A stretch of DNA of 64,000 bases from Lama glama (GCA_028534125.1 CM052817.1:102054001-102118000), one strand, 5' to 3'. Shown: positions 26,050 through 39,742, numbered from the stretch's first letter. The notes: generated by a model not told the origin, from the sequence alone. Translations and numbers: made by a program.

Positions 26050-29000
26050 GTTTAGAGATTTTTTTTGCCATGCAGAACGTTTTTTAGTCAATGTTTTAAT
26101 CACCCATTTCCTTTATTGCTTCTGGATTTTGACTCAGAGAGATTTTTCCATTTCTAGTTTATAAAGGTATACACTCAGATTTTCCTCTAGTATTTACTTG
26201 TATTTATTTATATGGCTTATCCTGGTGTGTAGTATGAAAAATAAATCAATTTAATCTTTTTTTTTCCAGATGGCTCTCCAGTTATCCCAACATCACTCAA
26301 TAAAAGCTTCTTTTCTTCACTAATTTAATGTGCTGCCTTTATCCTGTATTTCCATATGCACTCAGTTCTTTGAAGGTAATGTATAATTCCTCTTTGAATG
26401 TTTTGACTATTTTTCCTTTTGTTTTACAGCAATTTTACTGTAAGACACTGAGGTGCCTGGTTATGGTTTTCTTTTTATTCATCACATTTGAAGTTTCTAG
26501 CACATTTTGAATTGTGATTTAATGTCAGTTTTGGAAGATTCTCAGCCACCATCTTTTCAAATATTGCTTCTGGCCAACTCTTTCCGTTCTCCTTTTGGGA
26601 TTTCAATTACACATATGTTAGACCTTTAAACCATATTTCACACATCTCTTATTCTCTTTTCAGTATTTTCAGTATTATCTAAACATTTGTCTTTTAGTCC
26701 ATATATTTTCTTTTGATTTATCTTCTAATTTACTAATACTCTCTTCACCAGTGTCTAATCTGATGTTAAACATATACTGAGTTCTTTATTTTAACAACTT
26801 TTTAAAGATATAATTCATGTACTATACAGTTCACCTACTTAGAATGTCTAGCTCAATGGTTTTTAGTATATTTAAAGAGTTGTACAACTATCACCACAAT
26901 CAAATTTAGAATATTGGCATAACTCTAAAAAGAAACCCCATACCCACTAGCAGTCATTCCCCATCTTCTTCCAACACTCCTAGTCCTAGACTCTGCTAAT
27001 CTGCTTACTACTTCTATATATTTGCCTATCTTGGACATTTCACATAAACAGAATCACAGCAAGTGTTCTTTTGTGACTGAATTTTTTCACTTTCAATAAT
27101 GCTTTCAAATTCATCTTTGTTGCTGAATAATAATACATTGTGTGGCTATACATTTGGTTTATCTATTTATCAGTTAATTGACATTTGGGTTATTTCCACT
27201 TTTAGCTATTATGAATAAAGTTGCTATGGCCTTTCATGGACAAATTTTTGTATAAAAATATCTTCATTTCTTTTAGGTATAGACTTAGGAGTAGGACTGC
27301 TGGGTAATTAAGGTAACCCTATGTATGTTTAACTTTTGAGGAATTCTTGGATTGTTTTCCATAGAGACAGACCTACTTTACATTTCCATCAGCAATATAT
27401 GAGAATTCTAATTTCTCCACATCCTCACCAATACTTGCTATTATCTGTATTTTTATAGCCATCCTAGAGAGTGAAATGGCAATTAAATTCTGTAATTTAA
27501 AGTTCCTTTTCTTTTTATAGTTTAAAAATAGTTTTTTTTATAGTTTTATGATAGTTTAGTTTACAGTTTTTATATTTCACTTTTCTCCTGAAGTTCTGAA
27601 TTTGGCATCTAATTTCTTGAACAGTTACTTTAAAGTCCACATGAGATAATGCCAATATATGAATCTCTGTATGTCTGTTTCTACTATAATTTTTCTTTTA
27701 CTTGTGATCGTGTAAGCCTTTTCCTCAGTACACCTAGCCATTTTGGATAATGTTACGGACATTGCCAAGGTTCTGAATAATTTTATTCTCTATAGGGGAC
27801 TAAATATTACTGTTGGCAAGCAGTTAGAGTAGGGAAAGAGCACAAATATGTAATTGATTTTATTCAGTTTGGCTACAGACTTTGTGAGGGCTTGCCTTTT
27901 CTGATTTACCCTTACTTCTGGGGCAGCCTTCTGGGAGTTCCAATTTATTCACTAGTGTATTTACCAGACCCTTCCTCCTTGGTAGGCCTTTAACTCTAAT
28001 ATTTGTCCTCATAACATTTCCAGTAGCTCCTTTTAGCTTCTCAACCTCGCAGCTGATGTGTTTCACTCAGCCTCAAGAGGGTTTTGAGACACAGTTTATC
28101 AGGTATACCTCTCTGTGTTTCTGTTCTCTCCAGGGTCAGGATTCTCAAGCCTTCACTGTCTTGGTAGTTCTCTGATGCCTCTCATACACTTATATATATA
28201 TATAAAAAAAAAAAAACCTTTCTTTTTCTCTTTCTTATTCTTACTCAGTTTTTTACTTATTCTCAGCAGGAGAGTTGGTATACAACACGTTAATTCATCA
28301 TTACAGAAAGCCTTCACATGTACTTGGATTAATTTCTGGATTTTCTATTCTGTTCCATTAGTCCAGTGAGTCATTTTTGCCATAATTTTTCTAGTGTGTC
28401 TTCACTCTGCTTTGGTACATCATTCAGCAAATTAAGCCTTTTTGGTTACAATATATTGTATACTGCAATTATTTTCTGTTGCTTAGGTTTTATTAAGATG
28501 GGTTTTCCTCAGTTTATAAAGTTACCATATAGGAGTGGTGACAGATCAGAATAGCTTTCTTAGATTTATGGCTCTAGGACCCCCTCTTCTCTTGTTTTTG
28601 CAAATTATTTATAAATAAGAGATTTTTGTACCTTCTACTTCCTCTGGCCCCCTTTCCCCCTTTGTATCTAAGACTTCTTTCCCTTTACTAGTCATAGGAA
28701 TTTGAATTCTACTTTTGGTAGGCTTAGTATGTGGTTCTGCTCCTCTAGAAGGCAACTTGGTTGTGTATTTCTGAAAGCTCTGGGGGCCTGGACACACCAG
28801 CATAATCTAATTTCACTTTAGTCTTTCTACATTGATCTACAAAGTGGGTACTCTATAGTCCTTTCCCAATTTTGACAGTTATTCTCAGATCTGCCTGCAA
28901 GGTTTCTCTTCTGAGGATAGACCTTTCCTTGCATAGGTGAGTACTTGTTGGTGATACACTGTTCTCTGGCTCAAAGAAAATTGCAAATTGCTCCCCTCTG

Positions 29001-29200
29001 TTATTGCCAATAGTTGGTCCTTTTGCTTTGCCTGTTCATATTCTGGAATTTGTAGGAGCGACTTTAGTTTTTATGAAAAGTGTGGTCCATGAGCTTATAC
29101 TTTCACTGGCCCAACTGCTCTGTTTCATAAAGTCATTTGAGAAGATTTAAACATCTACACTGCTGTTGCTATCTTGCCCTGACTAGAATCTAAACCATTG
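26050..29200 (-). mobile_element. Cluster of antisense L1 fragments, including an L1MB-type 3' end at ~26790-27480
   Basis: gatataattca...tacaactatcaccacaat...ttggacatttcacataaa...catttgggttatttccactttt...tttctccacatcctcaccaatacttg. Confidence 0.7.
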
Positions 29201-29289
29201 CTCTACTTAGATTTTGGAATAGCAAACTACCCTGCTCTTCTGTTCTGTCCCACTAGTTTGTTTGTTTGTTTTTTCCTAAGAGTTGTTTG

Positions 29290-30290
29290 TTGGAGCTTCT
29301 TTCTTTTTTGACTCCTTGGTCCTTGTCCTAAAGGTCAGTCCCAAGATCGTTTCTCTATTTACACTTACTCCCCAATCATCTCATCCAGATGACTTAAAAT
29401 ATTATCCATAATCTGATGACTCTGCAATTTCTCTCTATTGTCCTAAATTTTCTCTTAAACCCTAGACTCGTGTCTAGCTTTCTCCTTACTCATATCCAAT
29501 TCATTATCAAGAACCAGCAACACTACCTCCAATATATATCTTGACTCCATTCACCTCCACCTGCAGCCCTCCAGCTGAGCTACAATCATCACCAGCTGAG
29601 ATTAGCACACTAGCCAATTGACTGGGGTACTACTACTGCATTAACCTCCTTCTCACCTCTACCTTGGTCTATTTTCTATAAAGTAGTACTCTTTAAAAAT
29701 GTGAATCAGATAATATCCTGGGAATAAAGCACCAATGACCTCCCACAACACTTGGAACAAACTCTGAAGTCTTTTATTATAGCGTACAAGGCCCGACATG
29801 ATCTGAACCCTAGTTACTTCCATGCTCTTATTTCCTGCTACTCTTCCTCTCACACTAGTTCTCGGCCACACTGGCTTTATAGTTTTCCAAACACTCCAAG
29901 TGCCCCTACCCCAGGCCCCTTGTACTTGCTCACATGCATCTTCAATGGTTTTCCCTCAGATCTTTGCATGGCTCATTCACTTCATTCAGTTCAAACAGCA
30001 TCATATCAGAAACCTCCCCTGAAGAGTCAATCAAACAGTACTGCTCTCTTCCCCCACAACCTTGTCAACGTCTTCTCTGTTTTCCTTTGTATCTTTAAGA
30101 AATGTTCTTCCTATAACTGCACTTACTATTACTTGAATAAATATTTTTATTGTTATCTCCCTCAATAAAAAAGGCAAGTGCTGTGTATACACTGGCTTTA
30201 TCTACTCTCATTTCTGTATCTCCAGAGCCCAGATCCATGCCTTGTCTGCAATAGACACTAAGTAAATATGTGTTGATTAAATCTATGAAG
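29290..30290 (+). mobile_element. L2 LINE 3' portion
   Basis: tctgatgactctgcaattt (YADD-region remnant), tacaaggccc...atgatctg and ggccacactggc, ending taaatatgtgttgattaaat. Confidence 0.75.
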
Positions 30291-32397
30291 TATTTCCCTG
30301 TTATTATTTCTCGTAACTTGTTATACTACTTTTTATTGTCGTAAGTTCAAATGCATCACTCTACCTTTGTTTTATATTTTAAAAGGGTCTTTCTCACCTT
30401 TATTCTTTGCTTTTCTTCCAGGTCTTGTGGCTTCATTTTACTCATTGGTCCAGCTAGAATTCAGTTTATGGTGTGAGAAGAAATGATGTCATATTTACCA
30501 CTTCCCCCAATCCTCCCGCATGCATTTTTTAAGTAACCTGTGTTTTTTATATGTCACTTTTAATACATACTAAATATATGCACATATAGAATTTTCTTCA
30601 TAATCTCCTCATATTGTTTTTACTTTAAATGTTAATAAATTTTGATGTAAGCATTCTAGGCCTATCTACAGAACTATATTCTCTTCTCATATTGATAGAA
30701 CTTTGTTCTGCTAGCCATAGGGTCGTCATGGTCTAATACAAGATATGAAATTAAATTAAATTAAGCCAATATGCTAGGTCATGTAATGCTACTATCTCAA
30801 CAATATGCTTTTGAATGTCATCTATAACTTGTTTCTATTATGTCTTAAACTCACAAGAAAGGTATGCATATTGTGAGGGAGAAAGAGGAAACAAATCAGA
30901 TTAAAGAAGGAATTTCTAGTCATTTGCCTTTATTTAAGAAATTCTTTATTTTGATAGCATCTTTACACTTGCTTTCTCTCTCTCCTGTGATTGGCTAACA
31001 TCATAGAACTATGTTAGAATTCACACCTACAGGGGTCGCACCTCTGTCCCAGCCCTCGCACTGTGGCCTCTCTCTGCCCATTCACATATGTACTCACTCA
31101 TTCTGAGAAGCATCTGTATTTCATAATACAGGTGGAGACCAGGCCTCTCCCCTGAGGGCTTACTGTGTAACAACGAAATCCATGTCTTTAGTTTTCTAAC
31201 CAAAATAATGCCTTCTCATTCAAGAGATGCACTTGTGCATCTGCTATTTATTTGGTACGCTTTCCCCCTCTCTATTACTCACTTCACAGTTTTGGTTTAG
31301 CAAATATATCGGGTGAAATGAGGAAAATTATATAGACCAAAACAGTAGGAAGCGCTAAATTGTCATTAAATAGCCAACTGCAAAATAATTTACGTCACTG
31401 GAAGTCAAACAAAATTGCCAAAACTTGAGAACAAACTATCAATTTTGCCTATATCGTGGTTTAAGAGTGATATCAAATGTAAGATTTTAATACAAAATCC
31501 CAATTATCAAGCAAACACTCATTTTTAAAAAGGATGGGCTACCAGAAAAAAAGAGTAGGTCCTAAAATTCCATATTCTGTCCCAACTGTCTTCTGAACTT
31601 CCATTATGTGGTACGTACGTAAAATCACCTACTTAAAACTGTGGCTCGTGCAATGCCAAAGTTAGGACAGTGGGGGTTAAGGTGAGGCAATCATTCCCAT
31701 TCTTTTATTCTATAATTCACCAAAAATACCCACCCCACAACAAATTCAAGTGCTTATGGTCAAATGTATGCTAGTTCACTGTCGCCTAGCTGTAGGTTCA
31801 CAACTTGATAAACTTCAAGTTTCAGATGATGGAGGGAGAGACTTGAAAGGAACAGATAGGAAGGAGGAGAAAAAAGGTTCCTTAAAAACAAAAAAAGAAA
31901 AAAAAAGGCTCAATCCCTCAACAGGAGGAGCCTATGAAAGGTAAGTGACTCGGCAAAACCTTTATACTTAAACATTAAAAAAATTTTTAAAAACAAGTCC
32001 TTACCCTTCTCCTTCTTGTGTTTCTCTACCCATGCCCTAAACTATTCCTTTTTAGATTTAATCCTCTATTTGCTCTTCCATCCTTTGATCCTTCTCTCCT
32101 TCCCTCCTTTCCTTCCTCCATTTCATAATAAGTAAGAGCTACTTTCAGTGACTCACACTGGAATGCAGAGCTTCTGCAACTTCCCTAATCCTGGTATCCT
32201 TCTTGGACAGCATGATTATCCATAAAAACTCTCTCCAGCAATGACCGAACAGATGACTCTATACTTTGGAGCTCAACTGAAATAAACTCAATGAGATTGT
32301 CCGTAACATCATTGGAGAATCCACTAACCATGTTCACGCCCCATCCTTCATTGCTTTGAAGTGGGTTAGTATCTTAGATCCTTTTAGTTTTGTCTTG

Positions 32398-32403
32398 TTT
32401 ATT
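32398..32403 (-). promoter_or_regulatory. Candidate distal polyadenylation signal of DCHS2
   Basis: The minus strand reads tttttttgccattttatatgtaccttaatttttacAATAAAcaagac: a canonical hexamer with a UGUA element and a U-rich tract upstream. Confidence 0.45.
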
Positions 32404-33835
32404 GTAAAAATTAAGGTACATATAAAATGGCAAAAAAAAAACCAAACCAAAAGTAACAAAGCAGATGCTTGGGTGGAAATAATTTTTAAATTATTAATTC
32501 ATTTTCATCATGGTAACTTCTGGAAAACATAGCAAGGGGGTGCTCTGAAACTGAGGGTAAAGGCTCTGAGAAACACAGGTCCTGTCTCACTGGACATCTA
32601 ACGTGGGCCAAGTGTGCACACGTGGCGGCAGTCAATAGTTTACAGTGCATTTTAGTATTTTTAAAGAACAGTTAAATGATCAAATCCCTAAAGATGCAGC
32701 ATTTTCCCCTTTCTTTGCCCAGGAATCTGTTTTGGAAGCCAGTTCAATGATTACTACTAGGACATGGAATTTTGATATCCATTTGGTCCTGATTTACACC
32801 AGTATTTTAAGGCTGCCAACAAGAAAGTCCAGAATTTTAGGCAGCCAAAATTCCACTAGAGACAACTGTCTTATTTTATAGCTTATGAATTTGGGGCTTA
32901 ATATGATTTTCCACTAACAAGTTCTGTACCCCCTCCAGAGTGCTAAAGCCGGTGTGTAGATCAGCAGAGTAACACAGAACACATGAGGCAAGTTAATATT
33001 AAACTTGAAGGAAAACTGTGCAAATTATATTGTTTACTTAGGGAAAGAGCTCTCTAGTTGAAAGGGCTGACATATGATTTATTGCAAACACTTAACCAGC
33101 ATGTTCACATCTTCACTCTCAACCCCATTGTAACAGTCATTTGGTGGTGGTGTGGCATTTGATACAGGATTAATGAAGTCATCAATTAAAAATCCACTAG
33201 ATGCTAGTAAGGAATAGTTCTAAATACTTCATGTTTTCTGTTTTTATTAACTGTCCAGAAAAAAATGCAGAATCCTGCCCAGAATGAGTAATAAAATCAC
33301 AGGCAAATAACTTAAGGAAGAGTTAGACAGTCAACTTTTTAAGCATAAGTAAATGAAGAACCTGGTTAGTTAAAAACAACAACATTTTCTTGGTTCCTAG
33401 AAATAGTTCTGTTGCAAAACCAAACTTCCACGTATACTTAGGAAAGGAAATCAGTACAGCATTTCTTCATATGCTCAAAGTACTCTTTCGAAGGAAATCA
33501 AAGAGAGGATAAATATTGGAATGCTGAAATAGTAATTATTATTATTTTTCAAGAAAAACCATGAAATCTTCCTCCCTGGATGCTATGAAGAAAAGGAGAC
33601 ATGCATCCAACCTTTAACATTTAAGTATTCCATGCCTAAATGACTTGCCCTAGGATTCCAGGCTTGTCTAAAAACCTTTATGTTTCATACAATTTCTAAT
33701 ATACAATTGATAAAATCAGCATAGGAAGTCTTAGAATTATTTATCTCCCTGCTTCCTACAGTGTTTTCCAGTCAAGAGAAATCAGTTATCTTACATAATT
33801 TTACAGATGAGGCTTACTGAAGGAAAAAAAAAAAC

Positions 33836-33859
33836 AACACACACACACACACACACACA
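33836..33859. repeat. (CA)n microsatellite in the probable DCHS2 3' UTR
   Basis: A-run followed by about 11 CA units. Confidence 0.9.
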
Positions 33860-35282
33860 ACGGAAATATTTCTATAGCTGAATCCCACACTAACCACTAA
33901 GAAAACTGCACCACATGCCCTCTGGATTGGACAGTAGAATCCTAAGCTCTTATCCAAAGCCTGACCATGTTGCCTACCCTGGATGATTTCTGGACCATCA
34001 TCAGCAGGGTGTGTTCTACTTTCCTGGAAGTGATAAGAATCTTGGATGGATTCTCGAGCTCACCAGACAGAAGGAGATTGCATAATCCATGAGCATCACA
34101 CAACAGCACTACGTTTCTGAAACAGTAGCTGTACAAAACAGAATTATTTTAACCAGGTCACCAAACTGCTCCACCTAATGACAGTTAAAACTAAATATCA
34201 TATGAATAAAGGGAAGAAAGACTTCTGACCTCCATTCTTAATTTTTATAGTAGAAATATTTATATAAAAAAATCTTCATTTCAAAATATATTGCTAAATT
34301 ACTCTATGAAATTCATTATTAGCTAATAACATAATTTTATCTATGCAAACCTATGTAACTGACATTGAGTGGATAAATTATTTCTCACCAAAAGTTACTG
34401 TATCTGGAGGAAAATTAAATGAAGATATATATATATATACAAATTAATCTTCAGAGTTTAATGTCTGTACCCAAACCAAGTTACAAGACAGAGCTTTGAA
34501 AAAAATCATTCTATTTCTAAAGAAGCCCAAGGAAACATGTCTTAAGTGGCAGCCAACCATCCATCTATTGCTTTTATCAATACTTGCCCTCTATTAAGAC
34601 ATGCATTTCTGGTTAATCAGGAATAATTTTTGTATTTGGCACATGAGCAATTTCATTCTTAATTTCTCATCAGATTTCCAAAAGACAGCATATTAAATTT
34701 GGGTTATGGCCAAACTCCACAAGTTTGGTACCTGGGGCAAAGTGGAGACCTGCATCTCTAATGTATCAGCTCTGCAGAAAACTGCTTCATTTAAAAATTT
34801 GTTTATCCTTCCAAATTTCCCCTCTCTGTTACCTTCTGTCCTACACTCATTATTCAGTCTTCACCAATTTGTCTTATAAATAGTAGTATAATCAATCAAC
34901 TGTCATGTGGCCAGAATGCAGTGTACTTTACTTCCATTTGTTTTCCTGTAAACATTTTGGCAATCAGTCAAGTTCATCATGTCCTTTGGAAATGTAACCA
35001 TACAGAAAATCAGGTATGGCAGAATACACACTATTTAATATATATATATATATATACAGTCTTGAGTCCTGAGAGCAAAACATAAAGGTTAAAAGCCAGG
35101 GTAACTTGTCATTAAGGCTGGAATAAATTTGATAAACTTAAATGAGGGGGTTCTAAAAACCCAGGCTAAATTATACCACTCACTCGTAGATAAATGAACT
35201 CAGTCTCGAGAAACTTGCTTGGGAATGTTTCGTCCAATCATTCACGACTGAGGGAGAGCAGGAGCTTGACATCACAATTGTT

Positions 35283-37906
35283 TTATATTTGAACTTCATC
35301 TGCTGCTTTAAGTTCATGGCAGGTACCCCTCAGCTGTGTTCCTAATAACCCTCCATCCGACAGCAGTGGAGTCACGACGGGGGTCTGTGCGGTCAGTAGG
35401 GAAAGGGATGGAGAAAAACTGGGAGTCATGGCTTCCGGCAGAGAATTGTGATGGTAGTGAATGGGGGAGTGTGGGTATTTCTGAAGTACCTGACCCAGGG
35501 TTATGGTTGGCATTCTTGGTGGCACTGCTTTAACCCCAGGCTGGGCTACTGCTGTTATTAAAGGTGGCGGAAAAACAAAAGATTTCTCTTTTGGAATGTC
35601 AGGCATATGTAAATGCTCATCCTTTAGTTTTGCAATATCATTAAATACTGAGGCAAGAGGTTGGAACTTGGGTTCCCAGCTGAGGAGACAATCCCAGTGA
35701 TAGCTGCTTCTGACATCATGAGCAGAGTTTCTCTGGGCTGAAGGAGCTGCACATCCCGCTTCCTGATCACCCGAAATAAAGGTGACCTCTTTTCTGATAT
35801 CAGCCAGGATGCCTTCTTTTCCCTCTCTCTTCTTTAGCGGCGGGAGTAACACGTTATTTTGAACATAGGTTGTGCCACAGCCTTCTCCTTGGTTTCCTTC
35901 CTCAAATGGATGGTTGGCGTCTGCTATTTCAGCGGTGACCACCACATCAGTTTCTCCAGACAAACAGGAGAGCTGGTCTGAGTCCCTTGGGATTCCTGAA
36001 TCTGGTACCCTGGACTCCCGATCACTCAGAGCTGAGTCAGAGTCCTTTCTGTAAGGGTGATCATTGATCCTCTGGATTTCCTTATCTTCTGCAGTTTCTC
36101 CTTCCACAGAACAGTGGCCACTGGAGTTTGAGTGCCTGTACAGATCTGCAATGTCCTTCTCCACGATTCTTATTAAACTCAACCATTCAGGCATGGAGTC
36201 CACGGGCACCACCTCATTCCCGTGCTCATCAGTGTCCTGCAAAGGCTGGAGCACGCTGGCTTCCCCGGCTGGTCTCAAATGGATATCCAAGGATGACGAT
36301 GTTTTCTTTTCTTCACAATTGCTTACTGCATCTTTTGGTTTATGTCTTAAAATCAGCACCAGGAGAATGGAGATGAGTAACAGAAATGCTAAAAAGGAGA
36401 CTATGAGACTGATGGAAAAGCTGCTAACGGATCCTGCTGAGTGTTTTCCTTCCAAGGAGAAAGACACATTCACAAAAACAGTACACGATGCAAACTTGGA
36501 GTCTGGTTTGGGGCCACGAGCAATTATTTTCATTTCAATGGTGTCTTCTTTGCTGACTTGACTTTTTATTAGGGGAAGGGCTCGACTCAAATAAATATTT
36601 CCAGTAGTTTTATTTATTGAAAAGAAAGGAGATGGGGTTTCGAGGGAGTAAAGAATAACTCCGTCGATACCAGCGTCTCCATCTGATGCTTCCACTCTGC
36701 CAATCAACTGCCTTACATTTTTCTTTTCGGGGAGGTTGAAAAAATATTGATCCTGAGTGAAAATGGGTTCAAACTCATCTATTCCTTCAATATCCACCCA
36801 AACCATTATGGAGGCTGTGGAGTCCCCCTTGTCTTTTGCCTGAACTATGAGGCAGTATTTTTGGTCATTTTCATAGTCAAGGTCTTGCTTAGCATGAATA
36901 TCCCCTGTTAAAGGGTCAATGAGGAAGAGATCATGGCCGTGAGGCACCTCGGGAGGGACAGAGCAGGGTGATACAATAGAATAGGTCAATTCTCCATAAG
37001 GACCTGTGTCAAAATCCAAAGCGTTTACAGAACAGATGGTGGAGAAGACAGGCCGATTTTCAGGAACGACACAGTTTAAGTTGGGGAACATAAACTGAGG
37101 TGCATGGTCATTGTCATCAAGGACACTGATGAACACAACTGCAAAAGAAAAATGCTTCTTTTCTTTATTAGAAGCTTGGACGGTTAAAGCGAATTTTACT
37201 GTTTCTTCATAATCCAGCGGTTTGATCAAATAAAGAACCCCACTTTTTCCTTCCAAGCGAAAATGCCCCTTCTCATTTCCAGAGAGCAGGTAGTAGGTGA
37301 TTTCTGCGTGCGAAGCCACGTCGCGGTCATTTGCTGAGACCACAGTGATGGGACTCCCTGGAGGGGTGCTTTCTTTGATGTGGGCGTGATACTCCAGGCT
37401 GCTGAACGTAGGGGGGTTATCATCCACGTCGAGTACTTCTATTGACACGGTGGCTGAGGAGCTCAGTGGAGGGCAGCCGTGGTCAGACGCCAGAATGACC
37501 AGCTTGTGACTGGCGGCTGCTTCTCTGTCCAGGCTGTGATGCAACACCAGATAACCAACTGGCTTGTAAGAACCCTGGGAATGAATGAAACTCGTCTCCA
37601 CGTGGAAGCTGCTCTGTGAGTTACCACTGATGATGGAATATTCAACGTGCGTGTTTTCACGGGTCCAGTCATGGTCAATGGTTGAAAAGGTGACAAGTGT
37701 GCCTCCAACTGCGGTGTCTTCACTCAAGCTAAGGTTATAATAGTCTCTTGCAAACTCAGGGGCAAAATCGTTCCTATCTTGTATTTCTATCTCCACTAAG
37801 GTAACAGCCCTCAGGTCAGGAATTCCGCCGTCACTGGCTTCAACAAGAAATCGAATGGTTGATTTTCTATCCAGAAGTAAGACAGGATTGATGGTAAATA
37901 TTGTGC
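35283..37906 (-). CDS. DCHS2: DCHS2 terminal coding exon: last cadherin repeats, transmembrane helix (~36348-36419) and cytoplasmic tail ending EVQI*
   Basis: Lies within the 879-aa ORF 35283..37922. Cadherin motifs include LDRE, LDYE, DDNDHAPQF and A-x-D-x-G. A hydrophobic stretch (FSISLIVSFLAFLLLISILLVLIL) is followed by Dachsous cytoplasmic motifs ETAEDKEIQRIN and W..LLSWEPKFQPLASVFNDIAKLKD. The true start is the acceptor tcttgtttttcag|GCACAATA at 37906 (phase 1); the ORF's first residues MSCFS are intronic. Confidence 0.97.
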
Positions 37907-38807
37907 CTGAAAAACAAGACATAAATTTTCAACACGGTGAAATAAAATTTTCATGTTTCTTTTAGTCAGCAAATATTCACTAATATGTAAAATTATTTGT
38001 TTAGTTGTGTTAAAGTGACAACCAAGAGTAACTCCAAATAGAAAATTTAAATTACTACATTTATACTTTTGTAACACTTAAGATTCAGAAATAATATTCA
38101 CTCTATTATATATGTGTGCTACTTGAAGATGACCTTGCCACAAATTTTTTTCAATTTTATTTTTGTATTTTATATAAAAGTAATTTTATATTACTTTTTA
38201 AAGAAAATGTACTCTTATTTAATAATGTATACCTCAATCTATCACCCACAGACACATGTATAGAGACATTCTGACATAAAGATATTTATTCTGAAAACAC
38301 TGGATGACAATCATTCTAGTCAAATGAAAGTAGTCAATATGATCATGTAGGTTACAACTATTGCTTAATTCTAGAGATGTCTTTCCTAAAGCTCTTGGTT
38401 AATTCAGCCAGTGGATTTTTCCTCTATTGATGAAATATACTTAATACATTTATCATTTTAAATATAGAAATATATAATTTGTATATGTCTGTAATGGTAT
38501 TTTTCTAAGGTAAAGACGTGTTTTAAGGACCATCTCTAAGAAAGAATACAAAATGCTATCATTTAAATGCCACATTTCAGTTAGAGTGAACCATGAACTA
38601 AACTGACTGGGTAATATTTAATATTTTAAAAAGATTCTAATCAAGAATCTAATAGAGTCTTATTGTGAAGTTTGTTGATAATGCAGAGCAAGGAAAAGTA
38701 CCACCACCTGTGTGGGGACATCGCCTACCTCTTCCTGTCACAACACTCCGAGGGCCTCAGACTGGTGTTCTGTGACTAAATTCTCCCTTTAGGTAATCCT
38801 AAGGCTC

Positions 38808-38931
38808 TTTTTTTAAATTGAGAATATAACTGGCATAAAATTGTATTTGTTTCAGGTGCACAGCATAAGGATTCAATATTTGTGTATGATGCAAAATGAT
38901 CAGCACAGTAAAGCTAGTTAACACCATCACC
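38808..38931 (-). mobile_element. Short L1 3'-end fragment in the last DCHS2 intron
   Basis: T-run then aaattgagaatataact...tttcaggtg.acagcata..gattcaatatttgtgta...gttaacaccatcacc. Confidence 0.7.
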
Positions 38932-39742
38932 CAGAGGCTAACTTTTAAATCAGCTCTCGCTCGTGAAATGACGCAGTGGTGGGTGGAGACGGGGACACCC
39001 AGTGCGACAAGTCCCAGGCCCTGCTCTTTTCTGGAGTGTGCTCTGCTAGGAACAGGGCTTTGCTAGTTGTTCATCTTTATCAAACTTAGCTTGAAAGTCT
39101 ACTCCCTGTTAACATTTCTCTATACAATGCTTAACCTTTCTACCCTGGATGCATCTACCTGCCTGAATCCATTTCACAACCGCAAATGTCTTCATCTCTG
39201 ATAAAAATCCAAAGAGCCTTGGAAGGCGTCAAGTACACCAGAACATCCTCAATGATTTTCACTTAGGAGAGATGCTCAAATCATTTTCCTTTTTCAGTTT
39301 TTTGGGTCCTTGTTGAATATACGATGCCATGACTGAACTTCTTATACTTGGCTTGGGAAAAAAAAAAGCTTCCAAACTCTGGTAACATGAAGTCCTCCAT
39401 TCTAAATGAACACCTTCAACTTCATTTTGATTCTTGTTGGGAACTGGGATAATTCACTGGCCTGATGACTGGTGTTTACTCTGTTGAGGTCCCTGAACTT
39501 CTGCACATGTGCCAGAATTGAATCAACTCCTTTGGCTTTCCAGCCATTGAGATGTTGGAGGAGAGAAATGGAACAGGGATTTGCTACCACAGCATTTGAT
39601 GTGAAGAGAAATAGGAAGGGGGTGTCTATGACACCAGTGGGTTGGGGGATGTCCTATTTTAGACACATTTGGAAAGGATTCCTTCCGGTTTCCAGCCTGT
39701 AACTCTAACCTATGAACACTAAAGCCACTCCAAACAACTCAC

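Larger units (their letters stand above)
32380..35282 (-). other. DCHS2: Probable DCHS2 3' UTR
   Basis: AT-rich, largely repeat-free sequence downstream of the TAA stop, with AATAAA (minus strand) at 33243-33248 and 32398-32403. The distal end is inferred, not shown. Confidence 0.5.

Noticed and set aside
31925..31946. Plus-strand cag...AAG|gtaagt, a possible antisense micro-exon
   Set aside because: Strong donor but weak acceptor context; unsupported without transcript data.
36064..36561. 165-aa and other plus-strand ORFs overlapping the DCHS2 terminal exon
   Set aside because: Antisense shadows of a long coding exon, with no independent motifs.
36565..37169. Several AATAAA hexamers on the coding strand upstream of the TM segment (37164-37169, ~36609-36618, 36565-36570)
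   Set aside because: Expected by chance from Asn/Ile/Lys codons; nothing shows they are used for cleavage.
37907..37922. ATG start of the 879-aa ORF as a stand-alone single-exon gene
   Set aside because: It lies in the polypyrimidine tract of a canonical acceptor, there is no signal peptide, and upstream exons join in matching phase.
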